From positions 1-64,000 of the IMG/VR virus record IMGVR_UViG_3300036766_001793: a stretch of 64,000 bases of DNA; one strand, given 5' to 3'. Positions 48,789 through 58,503 of this stretch are shown here, one piece after another. Source of the stretch: a virus. The position numbers and the translations under genes are program-made. How positions within the stretch are numbered: position 1 is the stretch's first letter; each line of letters starts with the position of its first letter. The notes under the pieces were generated by a model. The model made no database searches. It saw nothing but the letters and a program-made list of their open reading frames with translations, and had not been told where the DNA came from.

Positions 48789-49352
48789 CTAGACGCCCCC
48801 CGGGAACTGGCCGGGGTCCGTCGAAGGAGATTCTTCTCCACCCACCCGGCGCTTGAAGACGGGGACGGCCCCGGCGGTCAGCCTGATCCTCATGATCCCG
48901 CTGAAGTTCTTGGGCCCGAGGTAGTCCGGCTGGAACCCGTCGAAGTAGAGGCTGTGGTAGGGCTGGAGGGCCAGGATCCACCGGTAGACGATCCGCCTGC
49001 ACTCGGCCATGAGGTTCCACATGCGCTGCCTGGAGTGCACGGACCGGACCGTTATGCCGATGGACACCTCGACGTCCACGAACTCGTGCCGGTGGCCCGT
49101 GAACCGGTCCTCGTAGTTCTCCACCTCCACCACCAGGGCGTCGCCCCGGGCGAGGTCGGCCTGCATGGCCTCGTCCTTGACGAGGAACCTCGGCGTCGGG
49201 GCGGCCTCCGTGGCGAGCCACTCCCGCTGGAGCAGGTCCCTGACGAGCTCGTCAGGGACCACCTCGTTGCCGGCCGCCTGGAGGGACAGGGTCGGGATCG
49301 GGTAGGAGTTGTCCCTGATCTGGGTGTCCGGGGCTCCGTCCACGTCTGGCAT
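48789..49352 (-). CDS. neck/tail-completion protein
   Basis: synteny and size. Confidence 0.55.
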   Translation of the reverse strand: MPDVDGAPDTQIRDNSYPIPTLSLQAAGNEVVPDELVRDLLQREWLATEAAPTPRFLVKDEAMQADLARGDALVVEVENYEDRFTGHRHEFVDVEVSIGITVRSVHSRQRMWNLMAECRRIVYRWILALQPYHSLYFDGFQPDYLGPKNFSGIMRIRLTAGAVPVFKRRVGGEESPSTDPGQFPGGV

Positions 49353-49361
49353 CGTCCTACC

Positions 49362-50465
49362 TCACGCGATGAGCGGCATGCGGAGCTCGTCCGCCCGCTC
49401 GATGCTCTGCTCGATGTACTGCCGGGCCTTGTCCGGCTTCGGGACCGCGTCGGGGTTGTTCACGAGGACGGCCGTCCAGTCCTGCATCAGGACGATGTCG
49501 GCCGCGGTCCTCTTGACGACGATGTCCGCGACCTGCTCCCGCTTCTCGCTCACGTCGAAGTCCTCACCGTACACGTAGTCCATCTCCACTGAGCCCGGGA
49601 GCCTGAGGTACCTGCTGGAGATGCTGGCCCACGGGAGGCCGCGGCCGAGGGCGATCCTGGTGAAGTAAATCATCGAGTTGTCGGACAGGTAGAAGTCCCT
49701 CTGCCGGCCCTCGAAGAGCTCGGTCGCCGTGGTCCCGCCGGTCCACACCGACACCCGGGAGACGAACCAGACCGGGTGCATCCTCAGGAGCATCCCGTAC
49801 GGGTTGAGGGTCGCCCTCTCGTTGTAGACGGTCCTCATCCTCCAGGCGCGCCTGGTGTACACGTCGAGCCAGTCCTCGTTGGCCCGGATCCTCTTGCGGA
49901 CGAAGGACTGGAGCGGGTCGTTCACCTCGGTGAACTCCGGTAGGCCCATGAACTGGGCGACCTCCTGGTGGCTCGCGTAGGTGTTGTAGAGCGACGGGAG
50001 CGCCCTGGCTATCGTGAGGGACGTGGGGCCCCCGTTGACGAGCCTCACCCAGTAGAGGGTGGGGGTCGACGGCGGCTCGGCCCCGTACTCCGGGAACTCC
50101 GCGCCCGCCACCTTCAGTGTCCAGAGCCACTGCGAGGTCCCCCAGTAGGCCACCCCCGGCCTCTTGAAGGAGAACCCGGCGGGGACGAGGGCGTGCCCGC
50201 CCTGCCCGATCTGGTCGACCCTCTCCTGGAGGGGGAGCCTCTTCCACTCGCCGGTCGCCCCGTCGTAGGTCTCGACCCGCATCTGCGGGTTCCCGTCCGG
50301 GGCCAGGTCGACCTGCAGGTAGAGCCCGCTGATCCAGTCCTGGTGCCCCACGTAGAGGGCGTCGCCCTGGGCCAGGGTGGCCGGGGCGCTCCCGTCGCCC
50401 AGGGACTGCGTGACGTCGGCCAGGGCGGCCCCGTCCCACTTCCATAGGGCATCTGCGCGTCTCAT
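49362..50465 (-). CDS. head-tail adaptor-like protein with N-terminal extra domain
   Basis: YASHQEVAQFMG...WLDVYTRRAW...VEMDYVYG pattern of connector proteins. Confidence 0.6.
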   Translation of the reverse strand: MRRADALWKWDGAALADVTQSLGDGSAPATLAQGDALYVGHQDWISGLYLQVDLAPDGNPQMRVETYDGATGEWKRLPLQERVDQIGQGGHALVPAGFSFKRPGVAYWGTSQWLWTLKVAGAEFPEYGAEPPSTPTLYWVRLVNGGPTSLTIARALPSLYNTYASHQEVAQFMGLPEFTEVNDPLQSFVRKRIRANEDWLDVYTRRAWRMRTVYNERATLNPYGMLLRMHPVWFVSRVSVWTGGTTATELFEGRQRDFYLSDNSMIYFTRIALGRGLPWASISSRYLRLPGSVEMDYVYGEDFDVSEKREQVADIVVKRTAADIVLMQDWTAVLVNNPDAVPKPDKARQYIEQSIERADELRMPLIA

Positions 50466-50469
50466 CTCG

Positions 50470-50967
50470 TTAGTGAACCTCTCCGTACACGCCGAATGTG
50501 AATGCCGCGCCGCCCGCGTCGGTGAGAGTCGCCCGCAATCGGATCAGGTCTCCGGCCCATGCGCCTGGAGTCGCCCCGGCGCCCACATCATTCGTCACGT
50601 TGGCGTAAGTCGCAGCCGTGCCCGCCGAGCACGCGAGCGCCTGGTAGGGGACACTTGTAGTCCCGAGAATCTGGACGAAATGAATGACATTGAACCATGA
50701 GCCCCCCTCGTCCATCGATGAGTCGACATAGAGATCGAGCTTGTCCCCGGCGGCGGCCGCCGCCGCGGTGATCACCAAATAGATGTGCAGCTGCTGCCAG
50801 CCTCCCAGTGGGAGCTTGATCGTATTGATGATGGTGTTCGTGCCGAGGCCCACTGGCATCAAGGCGGTCTCATACAGGACGAAATCACGTCCTATGAGCA
50901 CGCGTAAAGATTCGCGCGAGGTCTGGTCATCTTCCCCATAGATCACTTGATCGAGTGTCGTTTTCAT
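50470..50967 (-). CDS. putative structural protein, tandem paralogue B
   Basis: LYET..MP.GLGTN.II...LDLYVDS...HF.Q...FGVYG..H shared with the upstream gene. Confidence 0.7.
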   Translation of the reverse strand: MKTTLDQVIYGEDDQTSRESLRVLIGRDFVLYETALMPVGLGTNTIINTIKLPLGGWQQLHIYLVITAAAAAAGDKLDLYVDSSMDEGGSWFNVIHFVQILGTTSVPYQALACSAGTAATYANVTNDVGAGATPGAWAGDLIRLRATLTDAGGAAFTFGVYGEVH

Positions 50968-51465
50968 CTAGTGAATGCTCCCATACACGCCAAATGAAAA
51001 CTGGGCGAGCGTGCTGTCATTCACGAAGGTGGCCCGCAGTCTGAGGGCGTTTCCACACCAGTTAGCAGGTGGTACTCCGGCCGCGATGTTGCCGCTGACG
51101 TTCGCGTAGCTCCCGGATCCCATCTGCGATACCACCAGGTTCTTGAGTGGCACCACCATGTTGCCCTTTAGCTGGTTGAAGTGGACGAGATTGTACCAGT
51201 GGACGTCATCTATCATGCTATCGACGTAAAGATCGAGCGTGTCCGCCACCGTGCTGGCCGCCGCGGTGACACGCAGATAGAGGTGGAGCTGCTCCCAAGA
51301 TTTCTCCGGAATACGAATGACATGAATGATCGAGTTCGTGCCGAGGCCTGCCGGCATCGGTTCCGTCTCGTACAGGGCGAATTTCATGCCGAGCAATTTC
51401 CGAGTGGCACCTCTTTCCATGTCATCGATTTCTCGATAGATGGCCTGGTCCACGTTTCTAGTCAC
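50968..51465 (-). CDS. putative structural protein, tandem paralogue A
   Basis: same motifs as paralogue B; GTG start chosen by alignment with B. Confidence 0.7.
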   Translation of the reverse strand: MTRNVDQAIYREIDDMERGATRKLLGMKFALYETEPMPAGLGTNSIIHVIRIPEKSWEQLHLYLRVTAAASTVADTLDLYVDSMIDDVHWYNLVHFNQLKGNMVVPLKNLVVSQMGSGSYANVSGNIAAGVPPANWCGNALRLRATFVNDSTLAQFSFGVYGSIH

Positions 51466-51541
51466 GATGCCTAAAACCTCCAAAAACGAAAGAGGGACCG
51501 GAAATCGAATCCAATCCCCCTTTTCCTTTCGGCTCGCCGGT

Positions 51542-52546
51542 TTAGATCGGTACCGCCACGATGTCGGCGGCGGTGTCTGTGACCTTGTTGCGCCACACGT
51601 CGCCGGTCGAGGGCTTGTACCCCTTGGCGACGGTCACGTTCCCCACGGCGTCGGCGAAGATGTTCCCCGTCACGTGGTTGCCAGTGGCAGGGTCCACCGT
51701 GTAGGCGAGGTTGACGGTGACTGGGTGGGCGGAGACGTGGTAGGCGGTCATGAACCGGTTGTCCGCCACCACGCACCGACTGCCATTGAAGGCGACGTCG
51801 TTCGTGTTGCCGTCGAAGACGCACCTGCGGATGGTGTTCCTGAGCGGCGCCGCTATGGACACGTTCGTGGCCACGATGGCGGATACCAGCTGGGCGAACT
51901 CGCAGTCCTCCACGAGGTAGTGGTGGTTGCCGCCGTAGTCCTCGATGCCGATGCCGCCGGCGGAGCCGAAGGCTACGTTCCCGATGAACTTGCAGCCTCC
52001 CACGATGAAGTGGCTGGAGTCCGGGTGCGCCGCGTCCTCGGCCCTCCAGGCCTTGATAGCGGAGTAGCCGGTCTGCGGCACGAAGAGGATGTTGCGGAAC
52101 TCCCAGCCCTGCTCGTGGATGATGACGAGCGGGGCGTTCCCGGCGACCGCGGCCTGCTTCCAGCGCGCGCCGTCGTCGTGGCGCGGGCGGCCGCCGGCGT
52201 AGCCGATGACCTTCACGCCCTGCACCCCGAGGGGCGCCGAGATCTGCTCGGCGACGACGCCCTTGACGTAGACGGTGCCGTTGTCGGCGACCGCCGCGAA
52301 GGCGGCGGCCATGGTCTGGAGGGCCGTCTCCGGGCTGACCCCTGAGTGCAGGTCGCTCCCGGAGACGGTGTCCACCCAGAGGACGTTCGGCTGCGAGAAG
52401 AGCCGGGCGAAGTTGAAGGCCAGGCCGTCGCGGACGCCCATCCTCGTCACGTAGAAGAAGGCCTCGGGGATGCCCTGGTCCTGGACCCCGTAAACCTCGA
52501 TAGGCTTGATGCCAGCCACGCTGTCGTAGTCTATGCTCGAGACCAT
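51542..52546 (-). CDS. right-handed beta-helix (pectin-lyase-like) virion protein
   Basis: WVDTVSGSD.HSG.SPETALQT.AAA start and repeated (I/V)xxCxF strands. Confidence 0.7.
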   Translation of the reverse strand: MVSSIDYDSVAGIKPIEVYGVQDQGIPEAFFYVTRMGVRDGLAFNFARLFSQPNVLWVDTVSGSDLHSGVSPETALQTMAAAFAAVADNGTVYVKGVVAEQISAPLGVQGVKVIGYAGGRPRHDDGARWKQAAVAGNAPLVIIHEQGWEFRNILFVPQTGYSAIKAWRAEDAAHPDSSHFIVGGCKFIGNVAFGSAGGIGIEDYGGNHHYLVEDCEFAQLVSAIVATNVSIAAPLRNTIRRCVFDGNTNDVAFNGSRCVVADNRFMTAYHVSAHPVTVNLAYTVDPATGNHVTGNIFADAVGNVTVAKGYKPSTGDVWRNKVTDTAADIVAVPI

Positions 52547-52629
52547 GTCCCCTCATCCCCCCGGTTGGCTGGCCCGCTGGCCCTTCTCGGCCGCGAGCGC
52601 TTTTGCGTCTGTCTGACGGTCAGTACCTG

Positions 52630-53100
52630 CTAGATGCCGTCGTCGTATGACCCGTACGTGTGCGCCCTGGCGTTCTGGTCGTAGACGGGGATGTCCACCC
52701 CGACCCTGACGGAGATGGACCCCGGGGCGGCGGCGTTGTCGCCCGGGAACACCCCCACGACCGTGACCGGGGTCCCGGCCGGGATCCTGCGGTTGGCGGC
52801 TGTGACGCTCACGGCGGTCGGCACCTGGAGGACGAAGCCGTCCGGGTCTATCTGCGTGCAGACCTTCACCGCGCCGGAGACCGTCCCCTTGTAGAGGTCG
52901 ACCGTGTTGGACGTGCCCGCGGGGGCGGCCCCGACGGTGACCTCGATGTCCATGACGTCGACGTCCACCTCCCACGGCCCGAGGACGTGGATGTAGGTGC
53001 CGCTCCCGGCGAGGGCGTCTACCAAGTTGGCCTGGCCGAACCTGAGGGCCTCGACGCCCTTGCCGACCTCGGACCTCACCCTGTTCCTGGGGGTGCTCAT
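52630..53100 (-). CDS. putative capsid decoration/structural protein
   Basis: beta-rich, first gene of the neck-tail operon. Confidence 0.5.
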   Translation of the reverse strand: MSTPRNRVRSEVGKGVEALRFGQANLVDALAGSGTYIHVLGPWEVDVDVMDIEVTVGAAPAGTSNTVDLYKGTVSGAVKVCTQIDPDGFVLQVPTAVSVTAANRRIPAGTPVTVVGVFPGDNAAAPGSISVRVGVDIPVYDQNARAHTYGSYDDGI

Positions 53101-53417
53101 CTCTGCATTCTCCTACGCCATTGCCTCTTTCGCCGCCTGCCGGCGGCCGGGCTATGGGACTCCCGTAGGTTACACCTTGCGGCGCCCGAGGGCGGGAAAA
53201 AGCCCGCGGGCCGAAGAAAAGTCACCGTTCCGCGGAGGGGCGGCCCGGCGGAAGCCCGCGGCAGCGGCAGACCAGGTAGCGCCCGCCCTCCCCGCCCGCC
53301 CAGTGGGCGTGGCCGAACGGCTCGTACCCGTGCCTGAACCGCGGGTCCCGGCAGCTGGAGCAGTGGCGCGGCTCGCCGCGCTGGCCAGGGTGGTGCCAGA
53401 AGGAGCCCTCCACCGCC

Positions 53418-53696
53418 TCACTCGGCATCGGCCAGCTCCGCCAAGACCTCAGCGTGGCAGGTCTCCGGGGCGCACCAGCACCCGAGCACCAGGCCCTTCA
53501 GCTCGTGCAGGCTGGCCACCAGATCAGGCTGCTGGACCACCCACGCCCGGTACTTCCCGATGACCTCCTCGCGCGTCCCGTCCCTGCCGATGGAGAATGG
53601 GTTGCCCCACCTCGAGGGCCTCCCAACGTACACGTCGTAGAGCCTGGCCCTCTTGACATTCACGACCTCAGTCAACCCATTGGCCCCTCTCAGCAT
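53418..53696 (-). CDS. DUF4326 protein
   Basis: DVYVGRPSRWGNPF...LKGLVLGCWCAP..CHAEVL. Confidence 0.9.
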   Translation of the reverse strand: MLRGANGLTEVVNVKRARLYDVYVGRPSRWGNPFSIGRDGTREEVIGKYRAWVVQQPDLVASLHELKGLVLGCWCAPETCHAEVLAELADAE

Positions 53697-54028
53697 GTGA
53701 TGCACCAGCCCCTCGCGGTCGCCCGCCCGCACCGTGGGCAGGCCCGGTTCGTGACGGACTCCCACGCCGTCGGCTTGTACCGCGGTGGCCCGGGCCTCCT
53801 CGTGGCTCCCGCATCGGCCTCCCCAGCGCCCCGCATCACCTGCCCCTCGGTCATCCCCAGCTCGGCGCCCATCCTGACCACGGACTCCCTAGTGACGTAC
53901 GCAGCCCGATCCACCCTGACGACGGTCAGCTTGTCGTCCCTCATCCATTTCTGGACGGTCCTCCCGGAGGTGAACAGGCGCCTGCAGACCTCGGCGGTGG
54001 TCATCATCTCGTCGGCGGCCTGCGTCAT
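53690..54028 (-). CDS. excisionase/MerR-like HTH protein with C-terminal zinc ribbon
   Basis: MTTAEVCRRLFTSGRTVQKWMRDDKL; CPRC...CITC. Confidence 0.7.
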   Translation of the reverse strand: MTQAADEMMTTAEVCRRLFTSGRTVQKWMRDDKLTVVRVDRAAYVTRESVVRMGAELGMTEGQVMRGAGEADAGATRRPGPPRYKPTAWESVTNRACPRCGRATARGWCITC

Positions 54029-54462
54029 GGCCCGCCGCCGGCGCCGCCGCCCCTGTTGAAGAGGACCACCTCGCCGACCACGTCCAGGCCCCTCTCCAGG
54101 CATGCGGCCCTCAGCTCGGAGAGCGTTCGCCCGGTCGTCCTGACGTCGTCGAGGAGGACGACCCTGGTGCCGGCTGGCGGCCGCGGGCTCCACTCCACGC
54201 CGTGGCCCTTCGGGTTCCACAGGTATCCGGTCCCGACGGTGGCTAGCATGATGGCGCCGCCGGTGCCGGTGGCCACCGGGAGGGCAGGGCCGAACGCGGA
54301 GATCTTCCGGTGCAGGAACTTCCTGAATGTCTCCGGGTGCTCCAGCATCGCGGCCCTGCAGTCCACGTACGTGCCGGCCCGCAGGCCGGAGCTGAGCCTG
54401 AAGTCCCCCTCGAGTGTGTGCCTCCTCAGGATCTCCAGTATGTCGCTGTCCGTCACGTCCAC
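54025..54462 (-). CDS. orotate phosphoribosyltransferase-like (type I PRTase)
   Basis: GDFRLSSG...YVDCR; PRPP loop VVLLDDVRTTGRT. Confidence 0.85.
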   Translation of the reverse strand: MDVTDSDILEILRRHTLEGDFRLSSGLRAGTYVDCRAAMLEHPETFRKFLHRKISAFGPALPVATGTGGAIMLATVGTGYLWNPKGHGVEWSPRPPAGTRVVLLDDVRTTGRTLSELRAACLERGLDVVGEVVLFNRGGGAGGGP

Positions 54463-54809
54463 ATTACCACCGTCACTTCCTTCCCCGCCCGCCTGGCCCT
54501 CGCTATGGAGTCCGCGGTGCCGCGGCTCTCCCCGTCCCAGAAGGCTACAAGCCTGTCGCTAGCGTCCACTATCAGCTGGTTCCTGGCGTTGGCGCGGCGT
54601 GCGAACTCGCCCCGGCTCGCCGCGCCCTCGGCGTCGACCCGGTAGATCTCGGTCGCCATCCCCAGCCTCCCGGCCTCCTTCTCCGCCACCGAGTCCACCC
54701 CGAGGGCGCCCCCGCTGACGACCACCGTGCCCGGCTGGAGGCCGCGCACGTACCTCGCCACCTGGGCGAGGTCCCCGAATCCGCGGGAGCCGACGATGCC
54801 TACCTTCAT
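54453..54809 (-). CDS. SLOG-superfamily (YspA/DUF2493/DprA-like) protein
   Basis: IVGSR...VSGGALGVD...RNQLIV...AFWDGESRGT. Confidence 0.88.
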   Translation of the reverse strand: MKVGIVGSRGFGDLAQVARYVRGLQPGTVVVSGGALGVDSVAEKEAGRLGMATEIYRVDAEGAASRGEFARRANARNQLIVDASDRLVAFWDGESRGTADSIARARRAGKEVTVVMWT

Positions 54810-54843
54810 GTGCCCTGATAGTACCGGGGCCGCGGGCAAGCGA

Positions 54844-54869
54844 AAGGGGGCCTGTAGCCAGGCCCCCTT
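54844..54869 (-). terminator. hairpin after holin
   Basis: AAGGGGGCCTG-TAGC-CAGGCCCCCTT. Confidence 0.7.
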
Positions 54870-54894
54870 GGGGGTGGTCGCCGATCAGTGGACG

Positions 54895-55284
54895 TTAGCC
54901 GGTCTGGCCCGAGACGCCGCTAGATGCGCCGTCCCCCGGGCCTCGCTGGAGGATCTGGCCGGCGAGGCCGGGGATGCTCGTCCCGGCCATGGCGGCGATG
55001 TTGTTGACCACCCCGGCGGCGGATGCGCCGACCGCCAGGGCGTAGACCGCGGCGCTCGCCGTCGGGCTCAGCACGAACGCCGCGCCCCACGCGGCGCCCA
55101 TCCAGAGGCTCTTCTTCGCGATGTCGAACACGCGGCTCCAGTCGAAGGCGTTGCTCTTGAGCGCCAGGAGCACCCCCGTGACGAACTCGAGCGCCAGGAG
55201 GGTGACGAGCCACTGGACCATGGTCGGGTCGTAGGCGGCGAAGATGTCGCCCCACGCCCTGACGGAAGAATCTGCGATGCCCAC
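54895..55284 (-). CDS. holin
   Basis: three hydrophobic segments, LEFVTGVLLALK; two genes after the endolysin. Confidence 0.7.
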   Translation of the reverse strand: MGIADSSVRAWGDIFAAYDPTMVQWLVTLLALEFVTGVLLALKSNAFDWSRVFDIAKKSLWMGAAWGAAFVLSPTASAAVYALAVGASAAGVVNNIAAMAGTSIPGLAGQILQRGPGDGASSGVSGQTG

Positions 55285-55296
55285 TTTGGGCTCCTT

Positions 55297-55527
55297 CTAC
55301 TCCCTGCGGGAGTCGTTGCTGTTGGTCTCGCTGACCGCGGCCTCGAGGGCCTCGATGAGCCTGCTTATCGTTGCGCCGGTCCCGTAGAGCGGGCCCCCGA
55401 CCGCGATCCTCGTGCCCCTCTCGGCATCACCTCCTTTGATGAACGGGACTATCGAGACCCGCCCTCCCTCGGAGGTCCCCACGAAGAGCCCGCCGCCCTC
55501 CAGCAGGACTTCCGCGGGGAGGCGCAT
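55297..55527 (-). CDS. hypothetical protein in the lysis cassette
   Basis: ORF between amidase and holin. Confidence 0.55.
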   Translation of the reverse strand: MRLPAEVLLEGGGLFVGTSEGGRVSIVPFIKGGDAERGTRIAVGGPLYGTGATISRLIEALEAAVSETNSNDSRRE

Positions 55528-55529
55528 CG

Positions 55530-56369
55530 CTACATCAGGTCCGCGGCGCCGGGGTCCGTGGCGACGAGCTGCATGACGCGGCCCCTCTTAACCACGGCCG
55601 CGTTGAGGCTGTCGTCCGCGAGCGCGAGGCCCTCGCCCGGGATGCGCCCGAGCTTGACCAGCTTGTCGTAGACCAGCTTCATGTAGTCGTAGTCGCCCCA
55701 GGCGACCCCGGTGATCTTCTTCTCCTGCGGTGACATCCCGGTGTTCCCCTCCCTGAGGGCCGCGAGCCCCCTGGCGTACCTGTCGCTCGCGCAGGCCGTC
55801 GGGTCGTACCCGTACCTCGCGGCGACCTGCTTGTGCTGGAGGAGGTTGTCCCCCTCCACGAGCCTGAACGGCCGGCCAAGGCGCCTGCTGTTCCATCCCT
55901 CCAACGCCCCGACGTACTCCGTCCAGGTGGCGACCTGGAGGTCGTTCATAGGTTCCCCGAAGTTCTGGGTCCCGTCCGGCAGGTAGCCGCCTCCCTCCAT
56001 CTCCATGGAGAGGAACCGCTCGTTGGCCTCGCTCCCGCCGCTCGTCCAGGTGCTCGAGGTGAGCGGGTACATCTGGATGAGGGTCGCGTAGCCGGCCGTC
56101 ACGGTGTCGAACTTCCTGAGGACCACCTGGACCGAGGCGGCCGCGTAGGGGGTGAACCTGTAGACCCCGTAGGCGGGGTCGTAGTAGGTAGACGTGTCCA
56201 TGAACCTGTTGGGCACGCCGTCCTGGAACTCAGACTCCTGCCCCACGATGGAATGCAGAGCGAACGAGTCCCCGGCGTTCCTGCGGCTGTTCTGCTTTCC
56301 CGGGATGCCTGGGATCTGCACGACCATCGGGCCGTGGACAGTCCCCGCCTCGTCGATCTCTATGGTCAT
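55530..56369 (-). CDS. endolysin, N-acetylmuramoyl-L-alanine amidase (Amidase_2-like)
   Basis: ALHS, ANERFLSMEMEG, HKQV...TAC zinc ligands; upstream of the holin. Confidence 0.75.
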   Translation of the reverse strand: MTIEIDEAGTVHGPMVVQIPGIPGKQNSRRNAGDSFALHSIVGQESEFQDGVPNRFMDTSTYYDPAYGVYRFTPYAAASVQVVLRKFDTVTAGYATLIQMYPLTSSTWTSGGSEANERFLSMEMEGGGYLPDGTQNFGEPMNDLQVATWTEYVGALEGWNSRRLGRPFRLVEGDNLLQHKQVAARYGYDPTACASDRYARGLAALREGNTGMSPQEKKITGVAWGDYDYMKLVYDKLVKLGRIPGEGLALADDSLNAAVVKRGRVMQLVATDPGAADLM

Positions 56370-56443
56370 CCCCAACCCCCTGGGCTGATACTAACAGTGC
56401 GCCGGCCAGCCCTCCCGGCGAAACCCTCGCGGCCGCCCGCCGG

Positions 56444-56665
56444 TCAGACGGCCTTCTGGCCATGGTACACAGCTGAGGCGATGTGGAGTGCGGCGGCGGC
56501 CGACAGCAGGGCGGTGGCGGCGACCTTCGCGGCGAGGCGCCTGGCCCTCAGGACATCGGAGACGACCACGTAGACGGCGACCCCGGCAGCCGCCATGTGG
56601 AGGGCCGCCCAGGCGGCCTGGAACTGCCTGCCGGGCGGCATGCTCACCCTGGGGAGATGGCCCAC
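56444..56665 (-). CDS. small two-TM membrane protein
   Basis: two hydrophobic helices; upstream of the endolysin. Confidence 0.45.
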   Translation of the reverse strand: MGHLPRVSMPPGRQFQAAWAALHMAAAGVAVYVVVSDVLRARRLAAKVAATALLSAAAALHIASAVYHGQKAV

Positions 56666-56726
56666 CTGGCGCCCCCTGCTCCTGGCCTATAGGCCACACT
56701 CTAGGCCTGGCCGCCCGGACGACAAA

Positions 56727-56743
56727 GCCCCGCCTAGCGGGGC
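56727..56743 (-). terminator. intrinsic terminator
   Basis: GCCCCGC-TAG-GCGGGGC followed by TTTG on the minus strand. Confidence 0.6.
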
Positions 56744-56788
56744 CCTGCCGAGCTGGAGAGGTACTGCCAGCGGGGTGATCTTACGCCG

Positions 56789-57642
56789 CTAGATGGCCGG
56801 TGGGGCCCCGACGACCGCCACGTACCGCTCCCTGGTCCCGTGGATCTCCTGGACGACGAGGGGCCCGGGCTCGCTGGGGAGGAAGGCCGCCTGCCCCACG
56901 TAGGGCATCCTGTAGGGGTAGTTCGCTTCCCGGCGGAGCACCTCGCCGGTGGTCGTCTGGTAGACTAGCTCCGTCATCGCTGGGGCGCCTCCGCGGATGT
57001 GGGTTGCTGTCCATCGTACCGCGCGCCGCCCCCCGGCGCCACCCGGCCCCTGATCGCCTCCAGCTCCGCCGGGACGGTCCCGGTGTAGATCCGCGGGTAC
57101 TGCCAGGCCGGGTCGTGGACGTTCCACGGGGACGGGGAGACCGCCTCCTTCGCCACGGCGTAGCACAGGTAGGCGGCGACCGCCAGCTTGGCCTTAGTCC
57201 TGCCGGACACGCCTAGTGGCCGGCGGTCGGCCAGGGCTCGAAGGCCTCCGGCGCCGGGGCGTAGCCGACGTTGTGCCCGGACGCGCCGCAGGCGCAGCGC
57301 CGCGTCACGAAGCGCCCGCGCGCCTCGTAGTCCCGGGCGGTCGCGGGGTCCCCGTTGGCGGCAGAGTAGGCGTAGCGGTGCTTGTGGAGGGTGCGCGATA
57401 GCATGCTGGCTCCTAGAGGGTTGGTGAGCCTATGTTACCGCATTCAGTACCATCTGTATGCTGCCGGAACCGCTTCCTGCGCGGATCATGCGCTCCACCA
57501 CGTCGTCGTCCAGCTCGGCCTCCACCCAGCCCTTCGCGGTCACCCCGACGACGGTGCCGACCCTCTCGCCGTTCAGGTTCACCGGGCAGCCCGGGACGAG
57601 CGGCACGGAGCCATAGACGCTCATGTCGAACCTGGCCCGCAT
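56789..57642 (-). CDS. four small hypothetical ORFs (57430-57642, 57213-57404, 56974-57210, 56789-56977)
   Basis: RBSs and coupling. Confidence 0.5.
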
Positions 57643-57704
57643 GGGAGGCCTCCTGAATGGACGGTCGGCGGCGGGGCCCTGGTCGCCCCGCCGCCGCCGC
57701 GCCC

Positions 57705-58202
57705 TTATCTTACCGGGCGGCGCGCCCCTCTGATCCAGTCCTCGAGCCTTCTGGCCTCGTCGGACTTGGCGGCCTGGAACTCTGCCCTGGTCATGAGCGG
57801 CCTGGCGTCCTGGTCGAGCTCCTGGACCCCGTAGTCCCGCACGAGCCTGCGGACGCGGTCCCACCTAGCGCCCTCGGGCCTGGCGGCGCTCGGCTCGATC
57901 GCCCTGTACCCGAGCCCCCTGAGGAACCCGTAGGCGAGCCCGGCGGCCCTGGCCTCAGGTCGGACCTCGGCCCGGCGGTGGGCGCGGAGCCCGGCGCGCC
58001 AGCGCCAGTGCCTGTAGTCGACCCTGGGCCTCTTCCTGGTCCCGTAGGGCTTCCCGTCCACGACGGTCGGCTCCGGCCTCGCGTCGGCCTCCGTGGGCCT
58101 CCTGGAGCGGCCCTGGCCCTCCATCCGCCGGATGGTGCGCGCCTCGTCCCCGAGCGAGATGATCTTCACCTTGAGGTAGACCCTCTGGTCCCTGACTTCC
58201 AC
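57705..58202 (-). CDS. basic phage hypothetical protein
   Basis: YLKVKIISLGDEARTIRRME...HRRAEVRPEARAAGLAYGFLRG. Confidence 0.65.
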   Translation of the reverse strand: MEVRDQRVYLKVKIISLGDEARTIRRMEGQGRSRRPTEADARPEPTVVDGKPYGTRKRPRVDYRHWRWRAGLRAHRRAEVRPEARAAGLAYGFLRGLGYRAIEPSAARPEGARWDRVRRLVRDYGVQELDQDARPLMTRAEFQAAKSDEARRLEDWIRGARRPVR

Positions 58203-58503
58203 TTCTGCTGTCTCCTTGCTTGGCCGGTCGTCGACGACTGTTGTTCAGCAAGGGGACGGGGGCGGCCTACCGGTGTATTCAGCCGAACGCCGAGGCGGCC
58301 AGGCACATCGGGGTGTGGCGGCCCCTGAGGGACCGCGCCCACTCCGCCTTGTCCCTACTGCCCCGCGGCGCCGGGACGAACCTTGGGCGCCTCGGCAGCG
58401 GGCGGCCGGTAAAGGACTCTTCGGTCACGATGTGCGCGATCTCGCCGTCCGTCAGGCCCATCTCTTTCAGATCCTTCAGCATGCCTGCCCCCATCATATC
58501 GTG

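Noticed and set aside
50470-51465. Diversity-generating retroelement TR/VR pair
   Set aside because: Similarity is at the protein level across whole genes, not adenine-specific near-identity; no reverse transcriptase in the window
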